DNA of 64,000 bases from Acidimicrobiia bacterium (GCA_022828135.1 JAJEJB010000031.1:29813-93812); one strand, 5' to 3'; shown: positions 24,525 through 35,624, counted from the first letter of the stretch. Program-made: numbers and translations. The notes: generated by a model not told the origin, from the sequence alone.

Positions 24525-25496
24525 TCAGGGGGCTGCGGCTATGACGGTCCAATCGAGAATGTGCTCGGGCTCGCCGGAACGGTGGGCGAAGCCTTCTACC
24601 TGCACTGCGAATACCCGGCCGGAGGCGGCTGGGGCTGTGTCCAGGAGGGTGTGGCGGAACGACACCTGGTCGCCTTCGAACGCTGGGCCGGTGTGGTCAC
24701 AGCCGTGCCATCCCACCACCGTGGCCATGCCGGGCAGCGTCCTCGACAGCGACGCTTGGGCCAGCCCGACGACATGACCCCCGTAGAGCAGGCGTTGCGG
24801 GTACGGCGACTCGGCCGCGTCCCGGTGCACCATGGCCAGATTGTTGGTCAGACGCACCAGCCCCAGCGCGTTGTCGACCACGTCCCGGGCAGGGTCGGCC
24901 ACCGTCGTACCGGGCTGCCAGCCGGTTCCGGCACCCAGCGGGGTGAAGTCCCAGTGTGCCGGCACGAGCTCGGCGTATGAGGCGAGGTCCAGCGCCGGCG
25001 GCGTTCCCAGATCGCCGTCATGGCCAGGCTGCGCATCGCCTCGCTGGGGCAATAGCGGCGCCCGCTGGTAGGTCACAGCGCGTTCGCCGTCGGCTGTCGT
25101 GACGATGTCGACCAGGACCTTTCCCCTGTGGGACCGGCCGGGTCGGGCCCGGCTGTCGGCCAGCGCGGCCACGGTGACGGTGGTGGCGATCGACTGCCCC
25201 ACAAGCACCGGCCTGAGCAGTCGCACATCGCGATAGAAGAGGTTGGCGATCGCCCTGCGGGTGAGCGTGGTGCTGTGCCCGATCGACAGGTGCATCACCA
25301 GCGCAGGGCTGGCCAGACGGCTTGAGCGCCCGGTGACCGCCTCACAGACGGACGGATCCATCACCATCGGTAGCCGCTCGCCCACCATCGACTGGTACAG
25401 CGCGGCCATGCCGTCGTCGATCACCACCGAGGGCTGGCGGGGCATCTCCTGGCCTACCCGCAGCTCCTCGTAGTAGGGGCCGTCGAGCGGGATCAC
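24525..25496 (-). CDS. MaoC-like double hot-dog (R)-hydratase/dehydratase
   Basis: 323 aa from the GTG at 25496, VIPLDGPYYEELRVGQ...NLFYRDVRLLRPVLVGQ...LAMVHRDAAESPYPQRLLYGGHV..., the pattern of two fused hot-dog halves. The start is uncertain. Confidence 0.75.
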   Translation of the reverse strand: MIPLDGPYYEELRVGQEMPRQPSVVIDDGMAALYQSMVGERLPMVMDPSVCEAVTGRSSRLASPALVMHLSIGHSTTLTRRAIANLFYRDVRLLRPVLVGQSIATTVTVAALADSRARPGRSHRGKVLVDIVTTADGERAVTYQRAPLLPQRGDAQPGHDGDLGTPPALDLASYAELVPAHWDFTPLGAGTGWQPGTTVADPARDVVDNALGLVRLTNNLAMVHRDAAESPYPQRLLYGGHVVGLAQASLSRTLPGMATVVGWHGCDHTGPAFEGDQVSFRHTLLDTAPAASGRVFAVQVEGFAHRSGEPEHILDWTVIAAAP

Positions 25497-25521
25497 GAAC
25501 TCGAAGGCTACGGGCGCGTCG

Positions 25522-26454
25522 TCACGGCCGCTGCGACAGCACCGCGGGACCGTCGGCGGTGACGTGCACCACGTCGCGGCGGTGGCCGTCGGTGACGCTG
25601 AGGACCATCCCGGCTTCCAGCCGCTCACCGGTGCCGACGCCCGGACCGATCACCGGACGCTCGAAGCCCATACCCAGACCGCGCACCAGCCAGTCGCCAG
25701 TGGCGGCTGTGGCCAGGTCGGCGTGCGACGCGCCCACTACGCAGGCCTCGGCCAGCGCGGGGGTTCCGACCCGCCGGTCATCAGCGAAGCATCCACCGAC
25801 TCCCCCCTCGTACAAGTCGCAGATCACGCCTACGTCGATGCACAGTTCTTGACCGCGACGCTCGACCTTCACGCCCGACGACGGGACGGTGACACCGAGT
25901 GCCGCCATTGCCTTGATGGCCGCACCGGCTGGATCGGCGCTCGTGGGAGCAGCCAGCGCGGCGTCCACCCCGGCCCAGGCCGCGGCACAGGCCCGGGAAA
26001 TGGCCTCGACCTCGCCGGGCATCTTGTGGACGCGAACTTCAACCATCAGGTCATCAGCCGCCACGATCTCAGCCTCAGGGGCGAAACCGGCGGCGGCCCG
26101 GCGGAACGACGGCGTCAGCTCATCCACCCCGATCCGACCGGCGCCGGCCAAGCCGTCGACCCCGGCCATGGACGCAGCCATGATGCGAGGATTCCAAGTG
26201 AGCGGGTAGAGGTCGTCGAAGGTCATGGGAGACTCGATACCCGCCTCCCAACTCGACAGGGCGTGGACCCGCTGCGTCGAAACAACCACGATGCAGCCCG
26301 CCCCGAACGGCCTGGTGCCCGCGGTCCACAGCCGGCGCATCCCGCAGGCGTACCCGGCGTTGTCCTGGCGTCCCAGCACCAGCACATCGATGCCGGCGGA
26401 CGCCATGGCATCCAGCACCCGGTCGCGGCGGGCCAGCACCAGATCGCCGCTCAT
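25522..26454 (-). CDS. M24 (creatinase/prolidase-fold) protein, apparently lacking metal ligands
   Basis: 310 aa, MSGDLVLARRDRVLDAMASAGIDVLVL... (creatinase_N-like), then a pita-bread-like half. Positions that are HGVGLESAEMP / VFEP / AEE in the upstream paralog read GLGMGFERP / SVTD / RRD here. Confidence 0.7.
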   Translation of the reverse strand: MSGDLVLARRDRVLDAMASAGIDVLVLGRQDNAGYACGMRRLWTAGTRPFGAGCIVVVSTQRVHALSSWEAGIESPMTFDDLYPLTWNPRIMAASMAGVDGLAGAGRIGVDELTPSFRRAAAGFAPEAEIVAADDLMVEVRVHKMPGEVEAISRACAAAWAGVDAALAAPTSADPAGAAIKAMAALGVTVPSSGVKVERRGQELCIDVGVICDLYEGGVGGCFADDRRVGTPALAEACVVGASHADLATAATGDWLVRGLGMGFERPVIGPGVGTGERLEAGMVLSVTDGHRRDVVHVTADGPAVLSQRP

Positions 26455-27704
26455 TGGCGGAAAGGCTCGTAGTGGTGGGCGCCGCCCAGCAGGCGCCAGC
26501 CGTCGTCGGTCACGGCCACGATTTCCTCGGCCCGGTAGCCGCCCACGCCGTCGGTCCAGGTAACCGGCTCGAACACCAGCACCATGCCCGGCTCCAGCTC
26601 ATAGGCGTCGTCGAAGGCCGGGCCCAAGTCGGTGCCGATCATGGGCATCTCCGCACTCTCCAGGCCGACTCCGTGGGCCAGGTAGAAGTGCGGCAGCCAC
26701 GGCGTGTCATGGAGCTCCACTGACCGTGCGGCCCGGCCCACATCGCCCAGAGTGGCACCCGGCCGCACCACGGCCAGGGACGCGTCCAGCACCGCCATCC
26801 AGCGATCGAACAGCGACTGCTCGGCCGCAGTCGGAGCCCGTCCCACCACCCATGTGCGCCCGAAGTCCGACATGTAGCCGTGGTAGCCCACCCCGGCATC
26901 CACCCACACCAGGTCGCCTTCGGCGTAGACCGGGTTGTCGACCCCCGTGGGGAAGGCGACATGGCCGGTGGCTGTGCGGGCTCCGCCATCACGGCGGGTC
27001 GGCATGGGCTGGAAGATCGGATCGATCCCGTTCTGGTAGGCGGCGCTAGCCGCAGCGGTCCCGTTGCGATGGCTGAGGCCGGACTCCGGGTCACCGTCCC
27101 GGAGAGCGGCCAGGAAGGCTCCCGCGACCTCGGCCCGGCTGGAGCCGGGAACACACGCGGCCTGAGCCGCCTCCATGGCACGCTCGGTGTGCCGCTGGGA
27201 CTGATCGATGCAGGCCAACTCGTCTTCGGTCTTCACTACCCGAGCCGGCACCAGCACCCGGCTCGCGCCGACAAGTCCGGCTCCGTCGAGAACGCCGGCG
27301 CGAGCCATGGCGCCGGTCATCCCATCCACGGCCACCCGGCGTCCGGTCACGTCCCCGAGCACGTCGGCGATGGCCTCCCCCACGCGGGCTGCGCCGTCGT
27401 CGAGCTCGGGCCATAGCGGGGGGCCTGCCTCGACACCGGAAGGGTCGTGAGCATGGAGCCGGGCCGGGCCGTCCGACGCGCTCACGATGGCTACGGCGCG
27501 CCGGTGGTTGGCATGACCGGCGTCGACCGCTTCGGGAACATGTCCGGTGGCGTAGGTCACGTGGGGACCATGCATCAGCACAGCCCCGTCGACACCCTGG
27601 GCCCGCATCTGGTGGCGCAGCCGGTTCAGCCGCTCCGATCCCATACGGCCCGGATCGGGAGCCGGCGGCGCGATCTCATCCACCGGGGCGCCGTCGCCGC
27701 TCAT
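26451..27704 (-). CDS. M24 family metallopeptidase/hydrolase (Xaa-Pro aminopeptidase/creatinase-like)
   Basis: The ATG at 27704 starts MSGDGAPV...DLVWVDAGVGYHGYMSDFGRTW (Asp ligands), AHGVGLESAEMP (His/Glu), VFEPV and RAEEIV. Its stop overlaps the next start (ATGA at 26451-26454). Confidence 0.8.
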   Translation of the reverse strand: MSGDGAPVDEIAPPAPDPGRMGSERLNRLRHQMRAQGVDGAVLMHGPHVTYATGHVPEAVDAGHANHRRAVAIVSASDGPARLHAHDPSGVEAGPPLWPELDDGAARVGEAIADVLGDVTGRRVAVDGMTGAMARAGVLDGAGLVGASRVLVPARVVKTEDELACIDQSQRHTERAMEAAQAACVPGSSRAEVAGAFLAALRDGDPESGLSHRNGTAAASAAYQNGIDPIFQPMPTRRDGGARTATGHVAFPTGVDNPVYAEGDLVWVDAGVGYHGYMSDFGRTWVVGRAPTAAEQSLFDRWMAVLDASLAVVRPGATLGDVGRAARSVELHDTPWLPHFYLAHGVGLESAEMPMIGTDLGPAFDDAYELEPGMVLVFEPVTWTDGVGGYRAEEIVAVTDDGWRLLGGAHHYEPFRQ

Positions 27705-27825
27705 CGCATCACTATGCCCCGTGACGGGTTCGCTCGCGAGCAGCCTCGGTCCCGGCGCCGGAGATGAGGACGCGCATCGGGCATAATCTGGCCGCAGTCG
27801 GACGCCAGCCGAAGGAGGCAGCGCT

Positions 27826-29394
<1,569 letters not shown>

Positions 29395-29422
29395 CGACGC
29401 CGGACGGGACCGGAGGCCGAAC

Positions 29423-30349
29423 TCAGCCGACGATGAGGGTGTCCTCGCCCATGATGGCGCGGCCGGACGTCTCGCGCTGGTCCTGGTGGTTGTCGGCCAG
29501 TTCCGTGGCCGGATCGCCGGCGATGCGGGTGTGCCACATCACCCGGGGCTCGGTCATGTCGAAGGGGGTGCCCCGGTGCATCAGGCGGCGGTTGTCCCAC
29601 AGCGCGGCGTCGCCCGCCGACCACTGGTGGTGGTGAATCCGCGGCGGCTGGCAGGCCTCGGCGTTCAGTTCGTCGAGGAAGGCCTCCGACTGGCTCTCGG
29701 ACATCCCCTCGATCCCGTAGACGTGCCGCCCGATCAGCAGGTTGGGCCGGCCGGTCTCGGGATGCACCTTCACCAGCGGTCGCAGCGACGGTTCGAGGTC
29801 GTGGAAGCCGTACATGTCGTAGCCGCCGCCCTCGGTCTTGGTCGGCATGTATCCGGACCGGCTCTGGCTGTAGTAGAGCGAGTGGTAGGCCCGCATGCCG
29901 GCCAGTCGCTGCTGGGTCTCCGTGTCCAGCGCCTCGTAGGCGGCCCGCATGTCGGCCCACCCGGTGGCCCCGCCCCGGCTGGTCACCACCTCGGCGGTGA
30001 ACACCGAGCCCTTGGCCTGGAGCGGCATGTAGGTGCTGTCGTGGTGCCAGCCCTCGTTGCCCCGCAGCGACTTCACCACGTCATGGTCGGGGTCGTTGAG
30101 GATCCTGCCGTCGGCATCCACGTTGCTGAAGGCCACCGCGGTGAACTCCAGCGGGCCGAACCGCAGGGCGAAGGCGTCCTGCTCGGCCCTGGTCAGAAAC
30201 TGCCCCGGGAATATCAGCAGGGCGTGCTCCAGCCAGGTCCGATGCAGGGCATCGAACGCCGCCTCGTCGATGGACGGCAGATCCACCCCCGTGACGACCG
30301 CGCCGAAGCTGGCATCAAGCGTTTCGACGTCGAACGGTTGTTGTGCCAT
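29423..30349 (-). CDS. TauD/TfdA-family Fe(II)/2-oxoglutarate dioxygenase
   Basis: The ATG at 30349 starts MAQQPFDVETLDASFGAVVTGVDL...GWHHDSTYM (HxD)...WDNRRLMHRG... Confidence 0.85.
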   Translation of the reverse strand: MAQQPFDVETLDASFGAVVTGVDLPSIDEAAFDALHRTWLEHALLIFPGQFLTRAEQDAFALRFGPLEFTAVAFSNVDADGRILNDPDHDVVKSLRGNEGWHHDSTYMPLQAKGSVFTAEVVTSRGGATGWADMRAAYEALDTETQQRLAGMRAYHSLYYSQSRSGYMPTKTEGGGYDMYGFHDLEPSLRPLVKVHPETGRPNLLIGRHVYGIEGMSESQSEAFLDELNAEACQPPRIHHHQWSAGDAALWDNRRLMHRGTPFDMTEPRVMWHTRIAGDPATELADNHQDQRETSGRAIMGEDTLIVG

Positions 30350-30368
30350 GGCCTTGCTGAGTCGATTC

Positions 30369-30435
30369 TTGCGAGGTCTCACTCTATCGATATCCACAGG
30401 TTGGCTAGGCTGAACCAACTTCGGGTATCTCGCAA
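30369..30435. promoter_or_regulatory. AT-rich structured spacer (bioA 3' end / TauD 5' region) with nested inverted repeats
   Basis: TTGCGAG (30369-30375) pairs with CTCGCAA (30429-30435). An inner GTTGG/CCAAC pair and the palindrome TATCGATA (30385-30392) are also present. Confidence 0.3.
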
Positions 30436-30442
30436 TCCTTGA

Positions 30443-31723
30443 CTAATGCTGCCTAGTGGCGTCGACCATCGCGGAGGCAATGGTGCGGATGTCGGACAGG
30501 CTCGACACATAGGGCGGCATGGTGTACAGGAGCCGGCCGAACGGTCTGAGCCACACGCCTCGCTCGATGAGTGCCGCCTGGGTTCTGGCGACGCGTATCG
30601 GCCTCTCCATCTCGACGACTCCGATAGCTCCGAGAACGCGAACATCTCGCACCCCTCGAAGCGAGGCTGCGGGCGCCAGCCCCGCGGCCAGCTCCGACTC
30701 GATTCGTCGCACCTCGGATCGCCAGTCGCGCGACAGCAGCAGCTTGATGCTGGCCAACGACACCGCGGCCGCGAGCGGGTTGCCCATGTAGGTCGGGCCG
30801 TGCATGAGCGCGCCCGACTCGGCCGCGTTCACTCCTTGTGAGATCTCGGGGGTGCACAGCACCGCGGCCATGGTGAGGTAGCCGCCCGTGAGCGCCTTGC
30901 CGACGCACATGATGTCGGGGGAGACGCCGGCGTGATCGCATCCGAACAGCTCGCCGGAGCGGCCGAACCCCGTTGCGATCTCGTCCGCGATCAAGGGAAC
31001 CTCATGCTCGTCGCAGAGCCGCCGCACGGCGCGCAGGTAGTCCGGCGAGTAGAACCTCATGCCGCCCGCGCCCTGCACCACCGGCTCGATGATGACGGCT
31101 GCGATCTCATCGGTGTGCGCGGCCAGCAGGCCGGCGAACTCGGCGATGTGGCTGCCGTCGAACTGCTCGGCGAAGCCCGGGCTAGGCACCGGGGCAAAAA
31201 GCTGCTCAGGCAGCATGCCGGTGAACATCGAGTGCATCCCGTTGACGGGATCGCACACCGACATGCAGCCCAGGGTGTCGCCGTGGTAGCCGCCCCGCAC
31301 GGTGAGCAGGCGCCGGCGAGCGGGACGGCCCACACCCCGGGCGAACTGCAGCGCCATCTTGATGGCTACCTCCACCGACACCGAGCCCGAGTCGGCCAGG
31401 AAGACGTGCTCGAGCCCCCCGGGCGCGATGTCGACCAGCGTCTCGGCTAGCTCGACTGCGGGGTGGTGGGTCACCCCGCCGAACATCACGTGCGCCATGT
31501 CCCCCAGCTGGCCGCGGACGGCCTCGTCGAGCACCGGGTGGCGGTACCCGTGGATGGCCGCCCACCATGACGACATGCCGTCGATCACCTCCGAGCCGTC
31601 CGACAGGGTCAGCCTCACTCCCCGGGCCGACGTCACCACGATCGGGTCATTCGCCGCCGGCATCGGCGCGTAGGGGTGCCACACCCGCTGCCGGTCGCGC
31701 TCAAGCAGCGACTTCCCTGTCAC
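30443..31723 (-). CDS. bioA: Adenosylmethionine-8-amino-7-oxononanoate aminotransferase
   Basis: V(M)[17 protein letters not shown]...[13 protein letters not shown]...[14 protein letters not shown]...GKALTGGY (PLP Lys) is the characteristic BioA pattern. The GTG start at 31723 is chosen by N-terminal similarity; the ORF extends further upstream. Confidence 0.85.
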   Translation of the reverse strand: MTGKSLLERDRQRVWHPYAPMPAANDPIVVTSARGVRLTLSDGSEVIDGMSSWWAAIHGYRHPVLDEAVRGQLGDMAHVMFGGVTHHPAVELAETLVDIAPGGLEHVFLADSGSVSVEVAIKMALQFARGVGRPARRRLLTVRGGYHGDTLGCMSVCDPVNGMHSMFTGMLPEQLFAPVPSPGFAEQFDGSHIAEFAGLLAAHTDEIAAVIIEPVVQGAGGMRFYSPDYLRAVRRLCDEHEVPLIADEIATGFGRSGELFGCDHAGVSPDIMCVGKALTGGYLTMAAVLCTPEISQGVNAAESGALMHGPTYMGNPLAAAVSLASIKLLLSRDWRSEVRRIESELAAGLAPAASLRGVRDVRVLGAIGVVEMERPIRVARTQAALIERGVWLRPFGRLLYTMPPYVSSLSDIRTIASAMVDATRQH

Positions 31724-31787
31724 GCATTCAGTCTCGACACTGACTTCCGCCAAGAAGCGCGGCTCCACGAACCCAAGGCCTATCACG

Positions 31788-32978
31788 GTGAGTCCCCGCA
31801 TTCTGGGAGCGCCTACAGTTGACGCCGTGCGCACTGGCGTGTTCCTGTTCGGTGGGGTCGAGATGGACGATGCCGGTGCGGGGCTGCCTGTTCCCACCGA
31901 CCGGCGCTACGGCTCCAAGGAGGTGTGGCGGGCCACCGAGCGGATCATCGACATGGGGGTGGTGTGTGACCGGTTGGGGTTCGACTCGTTCTGGCTGACG
32001 GAGCACCATTTCCAGTACGAGGGCTACGAGGTGATCCCCAACGGGATCTTGGTGGGGACCATCCTGGCCGAGCGCACCGAGAGCATCCGGATCGGGATGG
32101 CGTTCAACATCGTGCCGCAGTGGCATCCGCTCCGGTTGGCCGAGGACTTCGCGACAATGCACAACGTCTCCGGCGGCCGCGGCATCCTCGGAGTGGGACG
32201 GGGCACGGTGCCGCGCGAGGCTGAGACGCTGGGCACCCAGATCGGCAGCTTCGACAATCCCGACAAGGCCGCCGCCGGCGAGTTGAACCGCAAGCAGTTC
32301 GACGAGGCCATGGAGGTCATCCTCCGAGCATTGAACAACGACACCTTCAGCTTCCATGGCGACGTGTATGACCTCCCGCCGGCCGGCATCCCCGACCGGG
32401 GCGGGTTCGTGTCTGAGCTGTCGCTGGTACCGAGACCTCTCTATCCCTACGAGATCTGGCAGGCCGCCAAGTCGCCGGCCACGCTCGAGCAGATCCCCCG
32501 ATGCGGGTGGGGAGGGGTGTTCTGGAACTACCACCACTCCATCGTCAAGGAGCGCTGGGAGCAGTTCGCCGAGCGATACCTAGCCCATCACGGGCGCGAG
32601 CTGGGTCGCGGCGAGCACCGCATGCTCGTGCAGAACGTCCGGGTCGAGGACACCCGTGAACAGGCCATGGCGTCGGTACGCGACGGCCACGACGAGCTGT
32701 GGAAGTTCCTCGGTCCCTACGGGTGGAGCAAGGGCTATCTCGACAAGGACGGCCAACCGGCCAAGCCTGGGCTGATCCCCACCCTGGAGCAGTCCATCGA
32801 CCAGAAGGTCTGGGCGGTGGGAAGCCCCACCGACGTGGCTGAGGCCCTCAGCTGGTACGACGAGCAGATCGGAATCGAGAACCTCCTGCTGTTCCCGGCA
32901 ATGCCCGGCGACCCCTACGAGAAGGTCGAGGAGCAGTTGCACCGCATAGCCGAGGAAGTCCTGCCCCTGCTGTCCTAG
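31788..32978 (+). CDS. LLM-class flavin-dependent oxidoreductase (luciferase-like monooxygenase)
   Basis: ...[23 protein letters not shown]...[15 protein letters not shown]... An alternative GTG start lies at 31827. Confidence 0.8.
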   Translation: MSPRILGAPTVDAVRTGVFLFGGVEMDDAGAGLPVPTDRRYGSKEVWRATERIIDMGVVCDRLGFDSFWLTEHHFQYEGYEVIPNGILVGTILAERTESIRIGMAFNIVPQWHPLRLAEDFATMHNVSGGRGILGVGRGTVPREAETLGTQIGSFDNPDKAAAGELNRKQFDEAMEVILRALNNDTFSFHGDVYDLPPAGIPDRGGFVSELSLVPRPLYPYEIWQAAKSPATLEQIPRCGWGGVFWNYHHSIVKERWEQFAERYLAHHGRELGRGEHRMLVQNVRVEDTREQAMASVRDGHDELWKFLGPYGWSKGYLDKDGQPAKPGLIPTLEQSIDQKVWAVGSPTDVAEALSWYDEQIGIENLLLFPAMPGDPYEKVEEQLHRIAEEVLPLLS

Positions 32979-33067
32979 CCGAGCCCACCCGGCCGGCGGG
33001 TCCTGTCGGTTCGCGGTCGAAAGTCGTAGGGTCTGACTGCTCCTACCGCCGATGCAGGAGGCTAAGA

Positions 33068-33739
33068 ATGCTGGGACTTTCGGCCGACGAACTGCTGACC
33101 ACGACCCGCGCCGTTCGCAGGCGCCTGGACTTCGACCGGGCGGTCGATCCCGGGCTGATAACCGAATGCCTGGACATCGCGCTCCAGGCGCCCAGCGGCG
33201 GCAACCGCCAGGACTGGGTGTGGATGGTGGTTGCCGACCCAGCCAAGAAGGCGGCGCTGGCCGACCTATATCGCCAGGCGTGGGCCGCCTACCGCGAGTC
33301 GCCCTACTTCCCCACCAATGAACCACCTCATGAGGACCCCGCCGTTCAGGCATCCTTCGAACGGATCGCGGATTCGGCCCAGTACCTCTCCGACAACCTC
33401 GAACGGGCTCCGCTGTTCCTGATCCCGTGCCTGGCCGTGAGTCGCGTCGACCGACCGTCTTGGGGCGGCGCGGCATCAAGGCTCGGATCGGTGATACAAG
33501 CGTCGTGGAGCTTCATGCTCGCCGCCCGGGAACGGGGACTGGGGACATGCTGGACCACCTTGCACCTGGCCTACGAGCAGCAAGCCGCCGAGATCCTGGG
33601 AATCCCGTACGACGAGTGCACGCAGGTCGCACTCATCCCCATCGCCCACACCATCGGCACCGACTTCCGCCCCGGTATGCGAGAGCCGCTGACCAAGGTG
33701 CTGCACTGGGACGAATGGAAGGGCGCCGCGCCGTCCTGA
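33068..33739 (+). CDS. Nitroreductase-family protein
   Basis: 223 aa, ...TRAVRRRLDFDRAVDPGLITECLDIALQAPSGGNRQDWVWMVV... Confidence 0.8.
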   Translation: MLGLSADELLTTTRAVRRRLDFDRAVDPGLITECLDIALQAPSGGNRQDWVWMVVADPAKKAALADLYRQAWAAYRESPYFPTNEPPHEDPAVQASFERIADSAQYLSDNLERAPLFLIPCLAVSRVDRPSWGGAASRLGSVIQASWSFMLAARERGLGTCWTTLHLAYEQQAAEILGIPYDECTQVALIPIAHTIGTDFRPGMREPLTKVLHWDEWKGAAPS

Positions 33740-33752
33740 CCGGCAGGAGTCC

Positions 33753-33803
33753 ATGAGCGCCATCGAAGAGGTAGCTGCCGAGGACGCCGGAGCACAGCTG
33801 TGA
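33753..33803 (+). other. 16-codon upstream ORF overlapping the bioF start
   Basis: AGGAG lies 5 nt upstream of the ATG at 33753. It encodes MSAIEEVAAEDAGAQL, and its TGA (33801-33803) overlaps the bioF GTG at 33800 (GTGA). Confidence 0.25.
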
Positions 33804-34918
33804 GCGACTGGGACGGCATCGCTTCCGCCGCTCTGGACGCCGTCGTGGACGCCAACCGGCTCCGCCAACCCCGGGATCTCGACGGCGGAGACCCCCGAAC
33901 GGCGCTGTCGGCGACCGGACAGCCGGTGGTGTCGTTCGCCTCCAACGACTATCTCGGACTCACCCAGCACCCCGCCGTGCGGGCCGCGGCCCGGACCGCG
34001 ATCGACGACTACGGCACCGGCTCAGGATCGGCCCGGCTGATCGTGGGGTCGCGTCCCGTGCACAGCCGCCTCGAGGAGCGCATCGCAGCCTGGCGCGGGG
34101 CGGAGGCCGCAGTGCTGTTCACCACCGGATACGCGGCCAACCTGGGCGCCATCGCCACGATGGGCCGGTGGGCGTCGGTGCTCTGCTCCGACGAGCTCAA
34201 CCACGCGTCGATCATCGACGGCTGCCGTCTGGCCCAGGCGCCGACGCACGTCTACCCCCACTGCGACCCGGCCGCAGTCGACGACATGCTGGGGCGCTCC
34301 GAGGGCCCCGGCATGGTGGTCACCGACTCGGTCTTCTCCATGGACGGCGACCTCGCGCCGATCGGCGAACTGTCGGCCGTGTGCGCGACCCACGGGGCAC
34401 TGCTCGTGCTCGACGACGCCCACCTCGTCCTGGACCATCCCGAGCCGCTGCACCCGAACTGCCACCTATTGCGGGTGGGGACCCTGTCCAAGGCGGTCGG
34501 CGCGCTGGGCGGCTTCGTGACCGGACCCCGGACGTTCATGGACCTGCTCGTCAATGCGGCCCGCTCCTACATCTTCACTACTGCGGCCGCCCCAGCCGCA
34601 GCCGCAGCCGCGGCCGCCGCCATCGACGTGATCGACTCCGGAGAAGGCGACGCGCTCAGGAGGCAGCTGCGGACCAACATCGATCGCATCCGGCCCGGCC
34701 ACCCGAGTCCCATCATCCCGATCATCGTCGGCGCCGAGGACAAGGCACTGGCCGTCTCCGACACACTGGCGAGACAGGGCATCCTGGTTCCCGCCATCCG
34801 GCCCCCGACGGTGCCGGCCGGAACGTCACGACTCCGGGTCACCGTCTCGGCCGCCCACTGTGACGCCGACCTCGACCGGCTGGTCGACGCGCTCCGCCGG
34901 GCAGGGATCGATGCCTGA
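33800..34918 (+). CDS. bioF: 8-amino-7-oxononanoate synthase
   Basis: ...VSFASNDYLGL...GSGSARLIVG...SELNHASIIDG...DSVFSMDGD...GTLSKAVGALGG (PLP Lys)... Confidence 0.85.
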   Translation: MSDWDGIASAALDAVVDANRLRQPRDLDGGDPRTALSATGQPVVSFASNDYLGLTQHPAVRAAARTAIDDYGTGSGSARLIVGSRPVHSRLEERIAAWRGAEAAVLFTTGYAANLGAIATMGRWASVLCSDELNHASIIDGCRLAQAPTHVYPHCDPAAVDDMLGRSEGPGMVVTDSVFSMDGDLAPIGELSAVCATHGALLVLDDAHLVLDHPEPLHPNCHLLRVGTLSKAVGALGGFVTGPRTFMDLLVNAARSYIFTTAAAPAAAAAAAAAIDVIDSGEGDALRRQLRTNIDRIRPGHPSPIIPIIVGAEDKALAVSDTLARQGILVPAIRPPTVPAGTSRLRVTVSAAHCDADLDRLVDALRRAGIDA

Positions 34919-35606
34919 TCCAGCAGTTGCGCCGGAAGATTCGGCCCGCCGCCCTGATGTCGTGGTCTTCGTCGCCGGCACCAGCACCGAGGTGGGGAAG
35001 ACCTGGGTGGCGGCCGAGCTGGCCCAGGTTCTGCGGGACATGGAGTGTGTCGTCGCGGCGTGCAAGCCCGTCCAGTCCTACGACCCGGATGAGGCCGGCC
35101 CGACCGACGCGGCTGCGCTGGCCGCGGCCACCGGCCAGCACCCTGATGACGTCTGCCCGCCCGAGCACACCTATCCGGTGCCGCTGGCCCCGCCCATGGC
35201 CGCCCGCAAACTCGGTCGGATCTGCCCCACCGTCGACGAGCTGGCGGCCGGATGCCGCTTCAGGGCAACGGTCGACATCGGGCTGGTGGAGGGCGTGGGC
35301 GGCCTCTACTCGCCGCTGGCATCGGACGGGCACAACCTTGACCTGATCGAGCGGATCGAACCTGACCTGGTCATCGTGGTGGCGTCGGCCGCTCTCGGCG
35401 GCATCCACGACTCGATGGCCTGCACGCTGCCGCTGTCCGCCTACCGCCACGCGGTGTTTCTCAACCGCTTCGATCCCCGGATCGAGGTCCACGCCCTGAA
35501 CGTGCAGTGGATGCGCGACGCGGGCCTGGCCGTAGCGACCAATCTGTCCGAACTGGCCGACATCGTCTGCACGGCCCTCCGAGGACGGCCCCGCGGCGAT
35601 GCTTGA
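34911..35606 (+). CDS. bioD: Dethiobiotin synthetase
   Basis: The ATG at 34911 overlaps the bioF 3' end. VVFVAGTSTEVGKTWVAAELA (P-loop GTxTxVGKT) and ...GLVEGVGGLYSPL... are present. Confidence 0.8.
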   Translation: MPDPAVAPEDSARRPDVVVFVAGTSTEVGKTWVAAELAQVLRDMECVVAACKPVQSYDPDEAGPTDAAALAAATGQHPDDVCPPEHTYPVPLAPPMAARKLGRICPTVDELAAGCRFRATVDIGLVEGVGGLYSPLASDGHNLDLIERIEPDLVIVVASAALGGIHDSMACTLPLSAYRHAVFLNRFDPRIEVHALNVQWMRDAGLAVATNLSELADIVCTALRGRPRGDA

Positions 35607-35624
35607 TCTATTCTGCGGTGTGAG

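Noticed and set aside
30389-30400. A shared 12-mer GATATCCACAGG at 30389-30400 and 47314-47325, both shortly downstream of class-III aminotransferase genes (bioA and the omega-aminotransferase) and upstream of the next minus-strand gene.
   Set aside because: A single 12-nt match is expected by chance many times in 64 kb when both strands are considered, and flanking similarity is weak. It is noted only because both sites are AT-rich in a GC-rich genome and similarly placed.
31724-31830. A BioQ/BirA-type operator in the bioA / LLM divergent spacer.
   Set aside because: I found no TGAAC-N3-GTTCA or BirA-like TGTnAAC palindrome. Only an imperfect CAGTcTCGAcACTG palindrome is present, which overlaps possible bioA N-terminal codons. 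It is reported only as a minor note.
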